A stretch of 64,000 nucleotides of DNA from assembly GCA_016934395.1 (NCBI GenBank), contig JAFGSZ010000080.1, forward strand, positions 33,692-97,691, given 5' to 3'. The translations under genes and the position numbers were made by a program. The DNA comes from Bacteroidales bacterium (lineage in GTDB: Bacteria > Bacteroidota > Bacteroidia > Bacteroidales > UBA10428). Below, piece after piece: positions 1 through 10,512 of this stretch. The notes below the pieces were generated by a model that saw nothing but the letters and a program-made list of their open reading frames with translations, was not told where the DNA came from and did no database searches. Every line of letters begins with the position of its first letter. Within the stretch, counting starts at the first letter, position 1.

Positions 1-2
1 CC

Positions 3-599
3 GGACTGTATATATTAATCAATCCATTATGGAAAGTAGCTATTGAAAACCCGGAAAAACTTGACAAAAAGAAAACATATATTATTATCTCAAACCACCA
101 GTCGATGCTGGATACAGTGGTATTGTTTCATATCCGTTCCCATTTTAAATGGGTATCTAAAATTGAAAATTTCAGATTGCCAATAATCGGATGGGTGATG
201 AGAATGAATGGCTATATACAGGTTATAAGAGGCGACAAAGAAAGCGCAATAAATATGGTAAATACATGTAAAAAGTATTTAAATTACGGCGTTTCGGTAT
301 TGATATTTCCGGAAGGAACAAGATCGATAAATGGAAATCTGGGTATGTTTAAAGAAGGTGCCTTTCGACTGGCGGTTGATGCACAATTCCCAATATTACC
401 TCTTTTAATTGACGGCACCGGAGAAAACCTGCCAAAAAAAGGACTGGTATTCAGAAACTCTAATCTGATGAAAATCTGTATTCTTGATGAAATACCGGTT
501 GAATATTTCCAACATATGTCCCCGGAAGATCTTACAGTTGATATATATAATAAAATGAAAAATGAACTTAAGGTTTGGCGAAATTCTGCAGGTAAATGA
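3..599 (+). CDS. 1-acyl-sn-glycerol-3-phosphate acyltransferase (PlsC family), 5'-partial
   Basis: Frame is open from the window edge upstream of the ATG at 105. It reads ...IIISNHQSMLD (NHxSxxD catalytic motif) and later FPEGTRS and FKEGAF. Confidence 0.9.
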   Translation, partial: GLYILINPLWKVAIENPEKLDKKKTYIIISNHQSMLDTVVLFHIRSHFKWVSKIENFRLPIIGWVMRMNGYIQVIRGDKESAINMVNTCKKYLNYGVSVLIFPEGTRSINGNLGMFKEGAFRLAVDAQFPILPLLIDGTGENLPKKGLVFRNSNLMKICILDEIPVEYFQHMSPEDLTVDIYNKMKNELKVWRNSAGK

Positions 600-605
600 T
601 AAAAT

Positions 606-1382
606 ATGGCGATTCTTTCAGATACACAGATATATAAAAAAATGGGGTATTACGCTGATCAGCGCGGAATTTATCGCCGGTTTATCCGTGAAAAAGAAAA
701 CTGGAAAAATCATCTTGAACGATCAAAAGAATTTATGCTCAAATGTGTGAAAAACAAACCGGTAAAAAAAATTGCTATCCTGGGAAGCGGATGGTTGCTT
801 GATGTTCCTGTTGAAAATTTCCGTGATTCACAATATACTATTCATCTTTACGACATTTATCATCCGAAACCCATTTTAAGAAAATTTTCTGCACATCCGA
901 ATATCAGATTTTTTTATGCTGATATTACAGGCGGAGTTACAGTTCAGGTTTACAAACTTACCAGGAAAAATAAAAAAACCGGGATAAAAATTCCTTTATC
1001 TGAAATCAGGTGCCCGGAATTTACACCTGAAGAAAATGTTGATTTTACGGTTTCCCTGAATATATTAAATCAACTTGACATACTAATAATTGATTACCTG
1101 AATAACTTTAAGATATACACAAATAACGAACTTTCTGAATTCAGGGCACGCATTCAGGCTTCGCATATACATTCGCTAATTCCCGGAAAATCTTGCCTGA
1201 TAACGGATTATATTGAAAATACACTGAATAAAAAATCCCTGTCAACAGAAACAAGATCATTAATCCATACCCCACTGCCTAAAGGGAAAAACCGTGAAAA
1301 CTGGAAATGGAATTTTGATACCCAAATGAATTATTATCCCAATAAAACCACTATATTCGATGTAGTGGGAATTGAATTATAA
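606..1382 (+). CDS. Conserved hypothetical protein with Rossmann/SAM-binding-like motif
   Basis: 258-aa ORF 6 nt after the acyltransferase. IAILGSGWLLDVP glycine-rich loop, followed by acidic strand ends (LYDI, YADITG). Confidence 0.7.
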   Translation: MAILSDTQIYKKMGYYADQRGIYRRFIREKENWKNHLERSKEFMLKCVKNKPVKKIAILGSGWLLDVPVENFRDSQYTIHLYDIYHPKPILRKFSAHPNIRFFYADITGGVTVQVYKLTRKNKKTGIKIPLSEIRCPEFTPEENVDFTVSLNILNQLDILIIDYLNNFKIYTNNELSEFRARIQASHIHSLIPGKSCLITDYIENTLNKKSLSTETRSLIHTPLPKGKNRENWKWNFDTQMNYYPNKTTIFDVVGIEL

Positions 1383-1391
1383 CATATTAAC

Positions 1392-3188
1392 ATGTCTGAA
1401 GCCATAACTATTTATAAAAAAAAGGTCCAAACGCTGGAAATAGAATCGAATAAATTAAAAAGCCTCCTAAAATTAATAGCCATCTGGCGGCTGGTATTTT
1501 TTACTGCCCCTATTTTTTTTCTTATCTATTCATCACAACTTGGCACATTTACGACTATTACGGGAATAGTGATTTCACTGGTATTTTTTGTTTTTCTAAT
1601 AAAGCGTTATCTTATTATAACTGATAAAAAGGATCATAAAGGCCATCTTATAGAAATTAACAAGCTCGAAATTGATGCTTTGGATAATAAAATTTCAGCT
1701 TTCCCCGATGGTACAGAATATATCGATCCAAACCATCCATTTAGCCTCGATCTTGATATTTTTGGTGAAGGGTCCGTCTTTCAGTTCCTTAACCGGACTA
1801 TTACCCGGCCAGGTAAAGAAAAGCTGGCTTATTTGCTTTCGGTTGTGAATCTTAATCCCCGGGATATTATTTCGAGACAACAATCTGTAAAAGAACTTTC
1901 AGCTATGCTCGACTTGAGGCAGGATTTTAATGCAACTGGCAAAATAGCCGCCGATAGTGATTCGGATCTGTCTAATCTGCATTTATGGCTTGCAGAACCG
2001 GGCATTTTTATCCAAAATCGTATTTACAAATTCCTGGCATTTTTCTTACCTGCCCTTTCGCTTATATTTTTAACATTAACATTTATCGATTTCGGTTTTA
2101 TTAATGTACTTATAATGATTCTTCTGTTGCAGTTTTTTGTTGTAGGAATAAAATTTAAATACACCAACCGGATTCACGGCTTAATAGGTAAAAGGCTTTC
2201 GATGCTTAGAAAATATGGAAAACTCATTTCGTTTTTAGAAGATCAGAATTACAATTCTCCAGGATTAAATACACTTAAATCAAAACTAATATCACATTCC
2301 GAGTCTGCATCTAAGATCATTCAAAAACTGGCCCGTATTGTTTCAGCCTTCGATAACCGGCTTAACCTGCTTGTTGGATTTTTTCTGAACGGCATATTAT
2401 TATGGGATATTCAATGTATGCTCCGCCTGGAGAAATGGAAACTCAGCCATAAAAATGATATCCCAAAATGGCTTGAGGTTCTTGGTGAATATGATGCTTT
2501 GTTAAGCCTATCGAACTTTTATTTTAATAATCCCGAATTTGTATTCCCGGAATTTTCAGATGCTGTAATCTTTAAAGCTTCAGAAATCGGACATCCTTTA
2601 ATCCCTATTTCTGAAAGGGTAAATAACTCCCTGGAAATTAAAAAAGAAGGAAATTTTATAATTATTACCGGAGCCAACATGGCTGGGAAAAGCACTTTCC
2701 TCAGAACCATAGGTGCCAATATTATTTTGGGAATGGCCGGGGCGCCTGTTTGTGCTGCTAGTTTACAGTTTAAACCCATGCCATTATTTACCAGCATGCG
2801 AACAAACGATTCGTTACAAAAACACGAATCCTACTTTTATGCAGAGCTCAAGCGTCTTAAAGAACTTATTGACGAGCTTAAAAAATCAAACCGTATATTT
2901 ATAATCCTTGATGAAATACTGAAAGGCACAAATTCTAAGGATAAACAGCTTGGATCGCAAGCCGTGCTCAAACAGATCATCCATAGAAAAGGAACCGGAT
3001 TAATTGCAACCCACGATCTTGAACTTGCCAAAATGGAACAACAATTTCCTGATAAAATAAAAAATAAATGTTTTGAAATAGAAATTGAAGGGGCCAAAAT
3101 TTATTTTGATTATAAGCTGGTTGACGGTATTACAAAAAAAATGAATGCTTCATTGTTAATGCAACAAATGGGGATTATTGACAGCTAA
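1392..3188 (+). CDS. MutS-family ATPase (domain V only) with N-terminal transmembrane segments
   Basis: Walker A ITGANMAGKST, ESYFYAEL, Walker B IILDEILKGTNS and IATHDLEL. Hydrophobic helices in the N-terminal half. No mismatch-binding domain I apparent. Confidence 0.9.
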   Translation: MSEAITIYKKKVQTLEIESNKLKSLLKLIAIWRLVFFTAPIFFLIYSSQLGTFTTITGIVISLVFFVFLIKRYLIITDKKDHKGHLIEINKLEIDALDNKISAFPDGTEYIDPNHPFSLDLDIFGEGSVFQFLNRTITRPGKEKLAYLLSVVNLNPRDIISRQQSVKELSAMLDLRQDFNATGKIAADSDSDLSNLHLWLAEPGIFIQNRIYKFLAFFLPALSLIFLTLTFIDFGFINVLIMILLLQFFVVGIKFKYTNRIHGLIGKRLSMLRKYGKLISFLEDQNYNSPGLNTLKSKLISHSESASKIIQKLARIVSAFDNRLNLLVGFFLNGILLWDIQCMLRLEKWKLSHKNDIPKWLEVLGEYDALLSLSNFYFNNPEFVFPEFSDAVIFKASEIGHPLIPISERVNNSLEIKKEGNFIIITGANMAGKSTFLRTIGANIILGMAGAPVCAASLQFKPMPLFTSMRTNDSLQKHESYFYAELKRLKELIDELKKSNRIFIILDEILKGTNSKDKQLGSQAVLKQIIHRKGTGLIATHDLELAKMEQQFPDKIKNKCFEIEIEGAKIYFDYKLVDGITKKMNASLLMQQMGIIDS

Positions 3189-3276
3189 GAAAAAATTTAA
3201 TAAATTAGTATACTTAAAATAAATAACGTTCTCTGTATTTTAATTATAAGTTAGTCGATATAAATGATCAAATGTT

Positions 3277-3636
3277 ATGGAAAAACGATGCCTTCAATGC
3301 GGCGACATGATCATCGGCCGTGTTGACAAAAAATTTTGTACTGATCAATGCCGGAGTACTTACAACAACAACCTCAGGCAGGATATTAATAATTTGGTAA
3401 AAAAAATAAACTACACGATCCGGAAAAACAGGAGAATACTTGCCGATTTTAATCCCAATGGAAAATCAAAAGTGCACCAATCGGATTTAATGGATAAAGG
3501 ATTCAATTTTAATTATTATACAAATACATTTACCACTAAAAGAGGAAGTATTTATTATTTCTGTTACGACCAGGGATATCTGCCTATTGATAAAGGATAC
3601 TATGCACTGGTGCACAAATTGGATTATGTTAATTAA
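3277..3636 (+). CDS. Small Zn-ribbon protein (CxxC...CxxxC, DUF2116-like), conserved in Bacteroidota
   Basis: MEKRCLQCGD..GRVDKKFCTDQCRSTYNN; C-terminal YYFCYDQGY. Confidence 0.75.
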   Translation: MEKRCLQCGDMIIGRVDKKFCTDQCRSTYNNNLRQDINNLVKKINYTIRKNRRILADFNPNGKSKVHQSDLMDKGFNFNYYTNTFTTKRGSIYYFCYDQGYLPIDKGYYALVHKLDYVN

Positions 3637-3641
3637 TAAGC

Positions 3642-4409
3642 ATGGAAAAAGATTTTGAATATCCCGATTATTTTGCCCGTTTTTACGATATTCTATATGC
3701 GCATATACGTGAAGGAAAAGATTGTGCCTTTTATCTCGATGAAATTGCAAAAGCAACCGGAAGAATACTGGAAATAGGTGTGGGGACAGGCAGATGTTTT
3801 AAAACCGCTTTAAATAAAGGTGCAGATATTTATGGTGTTGATATTAGTAAGCCCATGGTCGACCAATTAAAATCAACGCTTGACAAAAAATATCATCACC
3901 GCATTAAACAGCTTGATGCAGTAAATATGAAACTCAACCAAACATTCGACTTAATTATTGCACCCTTCAGGGTGTTTTCACATGTGTTGAATGAAAAAGA
4001 TCAAATCAGGTTTCTAAATACAGTATCCAGCCATCTTAATCCGGGTGGCCGGTTTATATTTGATTTATTTGTACCTAATCCAATAATTCTTGCATACGGA
4101 ATTCAAAATCAAACCGATTTTGAAGGGGAATACGAACCCGGAAAAAGACTTACCCGAACAGTAAATTCTGTTCCCGATATAGTTAACCAGCTTTTTAATA
4201 TAACAATGATATTCGCCTGGGATGAAAATAATACTTTGGTTAAAAAAAGCTGGGGTTTTAAAATGCGGTTTTTTTTTAAATATGAAATTGAATATCTTAT
4301 TCGGTTATCTGAATTAAATCTTGTGGCTTTTTATGGTGATTTTGATAAGAATCCCCTGACAAAAGATTCCAGGGAATTTATAATGGTTTGTGAAAGAAAA
4401 AATGCCTGA
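3642..4409 (+). CDS. Class I SAM-dependent methyltransferase
   Basis: Motif I ILEIGVGTGR, GVDISKPM, HLNPGGRFIFD. Confidence 0.9.
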   Translation: MEKDFEYPDYFARFYDILYAHIREGKDCAFYLDEIAKATGRILEIGVGTGRCFKTALNKGADIYGVDISKPMVDQLKSTLDKKYHHRIKQLDAVNMKLNQTFDLIIAPFRVFSHVLNEKDQIRFLNTVSSHLNPGGRFIFDLFVPNPIILAYGIQNQTDFEGEYEPGKRLTRTVNSVPDIVNQLFNITMIFAWDENNTLVKKSWGFKMRFFFKYEIEYLIRLSELNLVAFYGDFDKNPLTKDSREFIMVCERKNA

Positions 4410-4553
4410 TTTTAAATGGATCCTATCAGCAACAATTTATTTCGATACATGCTGTTTTTTTCTCATTATTATATTTCCAATAAATTAACCTAAAAATAAA
4501 CTATATATTTTAACTCCCGGTTTTTCTAATTTCAATTATTAGTCAATAAATAC

Positions 4554-4561
4554 TATTTTTG
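4554..4561 (+). promoter_or_regulatory. Bacteroidota sigma70 -7 element (TATTTTTG) upstream of gpsA
   Basis: Matches TAnnTTTG, 20 nt before the ATG at 4582. Confidence 0.5.
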
Positions 4562-4581
4562 AGGTTTTTTACAGCTATTCT

Positions 4582-5577
4582 ATGAATGCAAATACAAGAA
4601 TTGCAGTTTTAGGCGGTGGAAGCTGGGCTACAGCCCTGGTGAAACTACTATTAAACAACTGCGATCAGCTTAACTGGTTTTTTAGAGGTGCCGATGATAT
4701 TCAGTATATAAAAAAATTTCATCATAATCCAAAATACCTCAGTTCGGTTCAATTGCCAATAGAAAAAATCAGATTTTACAATAATATGTCACAAATCATA
4801 GAAAATTCAGACATATTAGTTTTTGCCATTCCTGCCCCGTTCCTAAAAGAATCTTTACGTGAATTAAATACCCCCCTCCAGAAAAAATTTATTGTGTCGG
4901 CTATAAAAGGAATTGTTCCAAATGATAATCTTACCGTTGCCGAGTTTTTTAATAAGAACTACAGCATTCCATTTTCATCTATTGGAATTATATCAGGTCC
5001 CTGTCATGCCGAAGAGGTTGCTCTTGAACGCTTGTCTTATCTAACCATTTCGTGTAAGAGTAAAATTAAGGCAGAATTCATCGCTTCAAGATTACGTTGT
5101 AATTATCTTAAGGCTAATATTTCAAAAGATATTTACGGAACTGAATATGCTGCCGTACTAAAAAATATATATGCAATTTCCGCAGGTATCTGTCATGGTT
5201 TAGGATATGGCGATAATTTTATAGCTGTTTTAGTTTCAAATGCAACCCAGGAAATCAAACGGTTTTTAGATAGTACTTATAAAAACAAACGCCGGATAAA
5301 CAGTTCCGCTTATTTAGGTGACCTTCTAGTTACTTCCTATTCCCAGTTCAGTCGAAACCGAACATTTGGCACTATGATCGGGAAAGGGTATTCTCCAAAA
5401 AACGCACAGCTTGAAATGAATATGATCGCCGAAGGTTATTTTGCCGTAAAATGTATTAATGAAATAAATAAAGAATACAACGTTAAAATGCCCATTTGTG
5501 ATGCAGTGTATAATGTTTTATACGATAAGATTGCCCCAGCTATTGAAATACAATTATTAACAGAAAAACTAAAATAA
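4582..5577 (+). CDS. gpsA: NAD(P)H-dependent glycerol-3-phosphate dehydrogenase
   Basis: IAVLGGGSWATA, SGPCHAEEV, LKNIYAI, GDLLVTSYSQFSRNR. Confidence 0.95.
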   Translation: MNANTRIAVLGGGSWATALVKLLLNNCDQLNWFFRGADDIQYIKKFHHNPKYLSSVQLPIEKIRFYNNMSQIIENSDILVFAIPAPFLKESLRELNTPLQKKFIVSAIKGIVPNDNLTVAEFFNKNYSIPFSSIGIISGPCHAEEVALERLSYLTISCKSKIKAEFIASRLRCNYLKANISKDIYGTEYAAVLKNIYAISAGICHGLGYGDNFIAVLVSNATQEIKRFLDSTYKNKRRINSSAYLGDLLVTSYSQFSRNRTFGTMIGKGYSPKNAQLEMNMIAEGYFAVKCINEINKEYNVKMPICDAVYNVLYDKIAPAIEIQLLTEKLK

Positions 5578-5592
5578 ATTTAGAACGAGAAT

Positions 5593-6936
5593 ATGGAAAA
5601 TTTGAAATTAAATATTGAACAGATTTATAATTTTGTAACAAAAGAATCCGTTCAGGCTTATAGCGAAGAAATAAAAACGCATATTCAGGCCCTTCATAAT
5701 AAAACCGGAGAAGGAAAAGACTTTCTTGGCTGGGTAGACCTTCCTTCATCCATCAATAATACCAGGATTATTGAAATTGAAAAAATAGCACAAAATTTAA
5801 AAAATAAAATAGACCTGCTTGTTGTAATTGGAATCGGGGGTTCTTTTCTAGGAGCAAAGTCAATATCTGAGGCTATGTCCCATTCATTCAGCCATCTCAA
5901 AGCCAATTCTGAATATCCGTTGATATTATTTGCCGGACAAAATATTGGCGAAGATTATCTTGCGGAAATGTTAGAGATTTTAGAAACAAAACGTTATGGA
6001 CTAGTTGTAATTTCAAAGTCCGGCACAACCACTGAGCCTGCCATCGCATTCAGAATACTAAAAAATCATTTAGAAGAAAAAGTAGGAAAAGACCGTGCAA
6101 AGGAACTTATAATTGCCGTAACCGATGCAAAAAAAGGGGCCTTGAGAAAATTGGCAGAACAGGAAGGATATACCACTTTTATAATTCCTGATGATGTGGG
6201 TGGCAGATTTTCCGTACTTACTCCGGTAGGACTTGTTCCGCTTGCTATAGGAGGTGTAAACATCAGGCAACTGGTAAAAGGAGCATCGGATATGGAGAAA
6301 CTTACCGCAGGTACCGTTAATATCTGGGATAATCCCTCATCGGTATATGCAGCAGCAAGAAATGCTTTATATGCTAAAGGTAAGAAAATAGAAATTCTTG
6401 TTAATTTTGAAAATAAACTGCATTATTTTGCAGAATGGTGGAAACAGTTGTATGGAGAAAGTGAAGGAAAAGAAAATAAAGGCATCTATCCTGCCAGTGT
6501 TGACTTTACCGCCGATCTGCATTCCATGGGGCAATATATACAGGAAGGGGAACGATCTTTATTCGAGACTGTGATTTCCGTTAAAGAAACCGTGCAAAAA
6601 CTTACTATCCCTAAGGATACAGAAAACCTGGATAGTCTGAATTTTCTTGCCGGCAAAAGAATTGATGAGGTAAATAAAATGGCCGAACTGGGAACCCGCA
6701 TCGCGCATGTTGATGGAGGTGTTCCAAACATTCGTATTGAAATTCCGAAACTTAATGAGTATTACCTGGGCCAGTTAATGTATTTTTTTGAAAAAGCATG
6801 CGGGATCAGCGGTTATATTCTTAAAGTAAATCCGTTTAATCAGCCGGGAGTGGAAGCCTATAAAAACAATATGTTTGCCTTACTTGAAAAACCCGGTTAT
6901 GAAGAACAAACTAAAAAGATAAAAGCCAGACTATAA
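5593..6936 (+). CDS. pgi: Glucose-6-phosphate isomerase
   Basis: [44 protein letters not shown]. Confidence 0.97.
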   Translation: MENLKLNIEQIYNFVTKESVQAYSEEIKTHIQALHNKTGEGKDFLGWVDLPSSINNTRIIEIEKIAQNLKNKIDLLVVIGIGGSFLGAKSISEAMSHSFSHLKANSEYPLILFAGQNIGEDYLAEMLEILETKRYGLVVISKSGTTTEPAIAFRILKNHLEEKVGKDRAKELIIAVTDAKKGALRKLAEQEGYTTFIIPDDVGGRFSVLTPVGLVPLAIGGVNIRQLVKGASDMEKLTAGTVNIWDNPSSVYAAARNALYAKGKKIEILVNFENKLHYFAEWWKQLYGESEGKENKGIYPASVDFTADLHSMGQYIQEGERSLFETVISVKETVQKLTIPKDTENLDSLNFLAGKRIDEVNKMAELGTRIAHVDGGVPNIRIEIPKLNEYYLGQLMYFFEKACGISGYILKVNPFNQPGVEAYKNNMFALLEKPGYEEQTKKIKARL

Positions 6937-7025
6937 AACAAATCCGGCATTTTATTGTTATATTACTAACATACATACCCAATGAATTATTTACTATTAT
7001 TTTTGATGGAAATTAAAATATTTAA

Positions 7026-7646
7026 ATGAATTATTTAGCCCATGTATATTTGTCGGGAACAGATGAAGAAATAATCATTGGAAATTTTATTGGCGACTAT
7101 GTTAAGGGTAATAATTACAATAAGTATCCCCCCAAGATAAAAAAGGGGATTATGCTTCACCGGCAAATTGATTATTTTACAGACCATAATCCAATTGTTC
7201 ACCGGAGTATGTCATTATTACTTGATGTCTATCATAAGTATTCAGGGATTATAATTGATATTTTTTACGATCATTTTTTAATCAATAAATGGGATCAGTA
7301 TTCCAGAATCCCCTTGGAAGAGTTTAAGACAAAACTTCACGAACTTTTGATGAGATATCAGGAAAACATTCCGACAAAAGTGTTAAAACTTATTCCCTCC
7401 TTTATTCAAAACGACTGGCTTCATGCGTATCAGACCATTGAGGGTATCGACCGGGTTTTACGAAATATGTCGATAAGGACCACACTTCCGGATAAAACAG
7501 AATATGCCATAAATGTTCTCAGAAATCATTATGAATCACTGGAAAATGACTTTTCAGAATATTTTCCAAAACTTATCCGGTTTGTAGAAGAAAAATTCAA
7601 TGTTCCTCTTGTTTTGCATCCAAACTATGAACAAAGGGAGGAATAG
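7026..7646 (+). CDS. acpH: Acyl carrier protein phosphodiesterase (AcpH/DUF479)
   Basis: MNYLAH..LS, GNFIGDYVKG, LHRQIDYFTD, DIFYDHFL. Confidence 0.88.
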   Translation: MNYLAHVYLSGTDEEIIIGNFIGDYVKGNNYNKYPPKIKKGIMLHRQIDYFTDHNPIVHRSMSLLLDVYHKYSGIIIDIFYDHFLINKWDQYSRIPLEEFKTKLHELLMRYQENIPTKVLKLIPSFIQNDWLHAYQTIEGIDRVLRNMSIRTTLPDKTEYAINVLRNHYESLENDFSEYFPKLIRFVEEKFNVPLVLHPNYEQREE

Positions 7647-8977
7647 TCAGCTCTATCCGCGATTTTAAATTTTGAATCCAATAATAGATTTCTGAATGAT
7701 CTCTCGAAGAAAAATTCTTTTTCGCCAAAAGAAGGTTTTAAATCGCTCAGCCATAGTGCATTTTTATCGTATTTTGCAAAAAACGGTTTGTTAACCCAGG
7801 TAATATTTCTTCCCTGAATAAAATTCAGGGTAATTACTTTCTCATCAAATATTTTGCTTACTCCCATTATAGCTATTTTACCCGGATTTGCTGACATTAC
7901 CGGACCTCTTACGGTGCGGCAAATACCACTAACATGCGAATAAGCTTCAGAAAAAATATCCCATGCTTTTACCAAAGGTACAGCAAAATATTTTTGTGCT
8001 CCGGTATCCCGAGGAATAAACATATAATAGGGGATCATTCCCAAATGTATTTGTTGTTTCCAGAGTTCGATCCATACATCAGGGTCAGCATTTACATGGT
8101 TTAATAACGGAGACTGCGTTCTAATAACGGCCCCTGTTTTTAGAATATTATGTATTGCTTTTTTTACTGCCTCAGTCTGCAATTCCCTGGGATGATTAAA
8201 ATTAGCCATTAACGCAAGGTGATAACCTTTTTTTACAATTTTTTTAAATATGGATAAAATCTTTGCGCTATCCGGATCTGAAATATACCGATATGGCCAA
8301 TATGAAAGTGATTTTGTACCAATTCTTATTGTTTTAATTGATTGAAGGCGGGCATTGATAATAGCATTTATATATTGGGATAAATGACGTGCGGTCATAA
8401 CCATCGGATCGCCTCCGGTAATAAGAATATCTGTAACTTCGGGATGTTGTTTAAGATATTCTATCAGCAATTCAACATTTTTCATCCCTATTTTTAAAAA
8501 CATATCACTGGTAAACTGTGGCCATCTGAAACAAAAAGTACAATAAGCATGACAGGTTTGCCCATGGATAGGAAAGAATAATACTGTTTCCTTATATTTA
8601 TGTTGCATCCCCTTTAATTTTACACCGTTTAATTCTGGCAAATTATATTGAATTTGGCCTGATGGATGAGGATTTAATTCTTGCCTGATTTTATAAATAA
8701 GATTTGCCAGTTGTTCTTTACTATTTTCTTTATTTAAATAATAGGAAACCATATCATAATATTCCTCTTTCAACATTCCCTTATTATAAAAATTTATATT
8801 AAAAATCGGGTCTTCAGGAATATTATTCCAGTCAATTAATTTTTCGACAATATAGTTATTTGATTTAAAAGGCAATATGTGTGAAACCACTTCCATTTCT
8901 CTTAATAATTTAGGATCCAGATTATTAAGTTGAGGAATGGATGAAAAATTATAAATATTATAGTTTTTCAGTCTCAT
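7625..8977 (-). CDS. KamA-family radical SAM protein (lysine 2,3-aminomutase-like)
   Basis: HKYKETVL, CxxxCxxC (CHAYCTFCFR), ILITGGDP, IRIGTK, NHPREL, TQSPLL, PYYMF. Confidence 0.88.
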   Translation of the reverse strand: MRLKNYNIYNFSSIPQLNNLDPKLLREMEVVSHILPFKSNNYIVEKLIDWNNIPEDPIFNINFYNKGMLKEEYYDMVSYYLNKENSKEQLANLIYKIRQELNPHPSGQIQYNLPELNGVKLKGMQHKYKETVLFFPIHGQTCHAYCTFCFRWPQFTSDMFLKIGMKNVELLIEYLKQHPEVTDILITGGDPMVMTARHLSQYINAIINARLQSIKTIRIGTKSLSYWPYRYISDPDSAKILSIFKKIVKKGYHLALMANFNHPRELQTEAVKKAIHNILKTGAVIRTQSPLLNHVNADPDVWIELWKQQIHLGMIPYYMFIPRDTGAQKYFAVPLVKAWDIFSEAYSHVSGICRTVRGPVMSANPGKIAIMGVSKIFDEKVITLNFIQGRNITWVNKPFFAKYDKNALWLSDLKPSFGEKEFFFERSFRNLLLDSKFKIADRADYSSLCS

Positions 8978-9087
8978 ATGAGATTACAGATTTACGGGAA
9001 TATAACAAGAATAATGCTAAATTGAAAGTAAACTCCTTTTAATTTAACAATTAAAAGCCGTAGTTGGTTGCAATTTTTAAGCATAAT

Positions 9088-10512
9088 TTATCTGAGGACA
9101 GATAACCTGGATGCATCCAGTTTTATGAAGATGAAAAGTAACAATGTAAATCCCAATAGAGAAGAACCACCATAACTAAAAAATGGTAAAGGGATTCCGA
9201 TAACCGGCAATAATCCAATGGTCATTCCTATATTAATTATAAAATGGAAAAATAAAATCGAAAAAACTCCATAACCATAAATCCTGCTAAAAGCAGAACG
9301 TTGTCTTTCTGCCAAATATATCAGCCTGACTAACAATCCTCCAAATAATAAAATAACCAGGCCTGCTCCCCAGAATCCCCATTCCTCACCTATTGTACAG
9401 AAAATAAAATCGGTGCTTTGTTCGGGTACAAAATCAAATTTTGTCTGGGTTCCGTTTAAGAAACCTTTTCCTGTAAATCCCCCTGACCCGATGGCAATTT
9501 TTGATTGGTTTACATTATAGCCATATCCTAAAGGATCGGATTCTTTACCCAATAATATATTTACTCGGGTTTGCTGATGGGGTTGTAATACCTGGTGAAA
9601 AACATAATCCACCGAGAAAATAAATCCTATCAGAACAAAAAGAAACAGTAAAATAAGCAATACATGCTGAATACTTCTTCTTATTGCAAAAATCACATAT
9701 ACTGCGGATGAAACCACCAATGTTAAAAGAATCCGGACAAGGGTGGTTGAATTAAAATAATTGTATTTATTAAGCAGAAAAAATCCAATATAAGCAATTA
9801 AAAAAATTATTATTCCCCAAAAGAGATACTTTGCTTTTTTATTCAGAAAATAGAAAATAATTGCCGCTAAAATAATCAGGGTAATAATAATAAAAATTTT
9901 GGGGTACATAAGGGTTGATAAAAACAGTATGGAGATGGCCGCAGCCAATAATAAAACCATACCTGGCAAACCCTCGCGAAAAAGAACAAGGATAAATGCA
10001 AAATATATCATGGCAGAACCTACATCAGGCTGAAGTATTATCAAAACTGCAGGTAACATAATAAATCCAAATAAAACTAAAATAGATTTAAGTCTGCTGA
10101 TTTTAACATCGATTGTAGTCAAATATTTTGCTATAACCAATCCGGTTGTAAATTTAGCAAATTCCGAAGGCTGCAAATTAAATCCCCCTATTGATACCCA
10201 AGATCGGGCGCCATGAACTTCCCGTCCGACAAGTATAACAAAAATTAAAAATAGAATTGTAATTCCATAAAGTAAATTGGCAAAAAATGAATAAAACTTA
10301 CTATCAATAACAAACACAAAAACAGCAAGAACAAAAGATGCCAATATCCATATAAGCTGCATCCCATAGCGTTGATTCAGATCAAAAATATTTTTATATT
10401 GCTCGTTATAATTTGCGGCAAAAATGTTCATCCACCCGAATAGTACAAATACCAGATAAATAATTATAGTTAGCCAGTCTGCGTTTAATAATATGTTTGT
10501 CCTTCTTGTCAC
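9088..10512 (-). CDS. rodA: Rod shape-determining protein RodA (SEDS glycosyltransferase)
   Basis: QPSEFAK, QPDVGSA, GYNVNQSKIAIGSGG, PEQSTDFIF, GIPLPFFSYGGSS; lies in the mre operon. Confidence 0.96.
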   Translation of the reverse strand: MTRRTNILLNADWLTIIIYLVFVLFGWMNIFAANYNEQYKNIFDLNQRYGMQLIWILASFVLAVFVFVIDSKFYSFFANLLYGITILFLIFVILVGREVHGARSWVSIGGFNLQPSEFAKFTTGLVIAKYLTTIDVKISRLKSILVLFGFIMLPAVLIILQPDVGSAMIYFAFILVLFREGLPGMVLLLAAAISILFLSTLMYPKIFIIITLIILAAIIFYFLNKKAKYLFWGIIIFLIAYIGFFLLNKYNYFNSTTLVRILLTLVVSSAVYVIFAIRRSIQHVLLILLFLFVLIGFIFSVDYVFHQVLQPHQQTRVNILLGKESDPLGYGYNVNQSKIAIGSGGFTGKGFLNGTQTKFDFVPEQSTDFIFCTIGEEWGFWGAGLVILLFGGLLVRLIYLAERQRSAFSRIYGYGVFSILFFHFIINIGMTIGLLPVIGIPLPFFSYGGSSLLGFTLLLFIFIKLDASRLSVLR

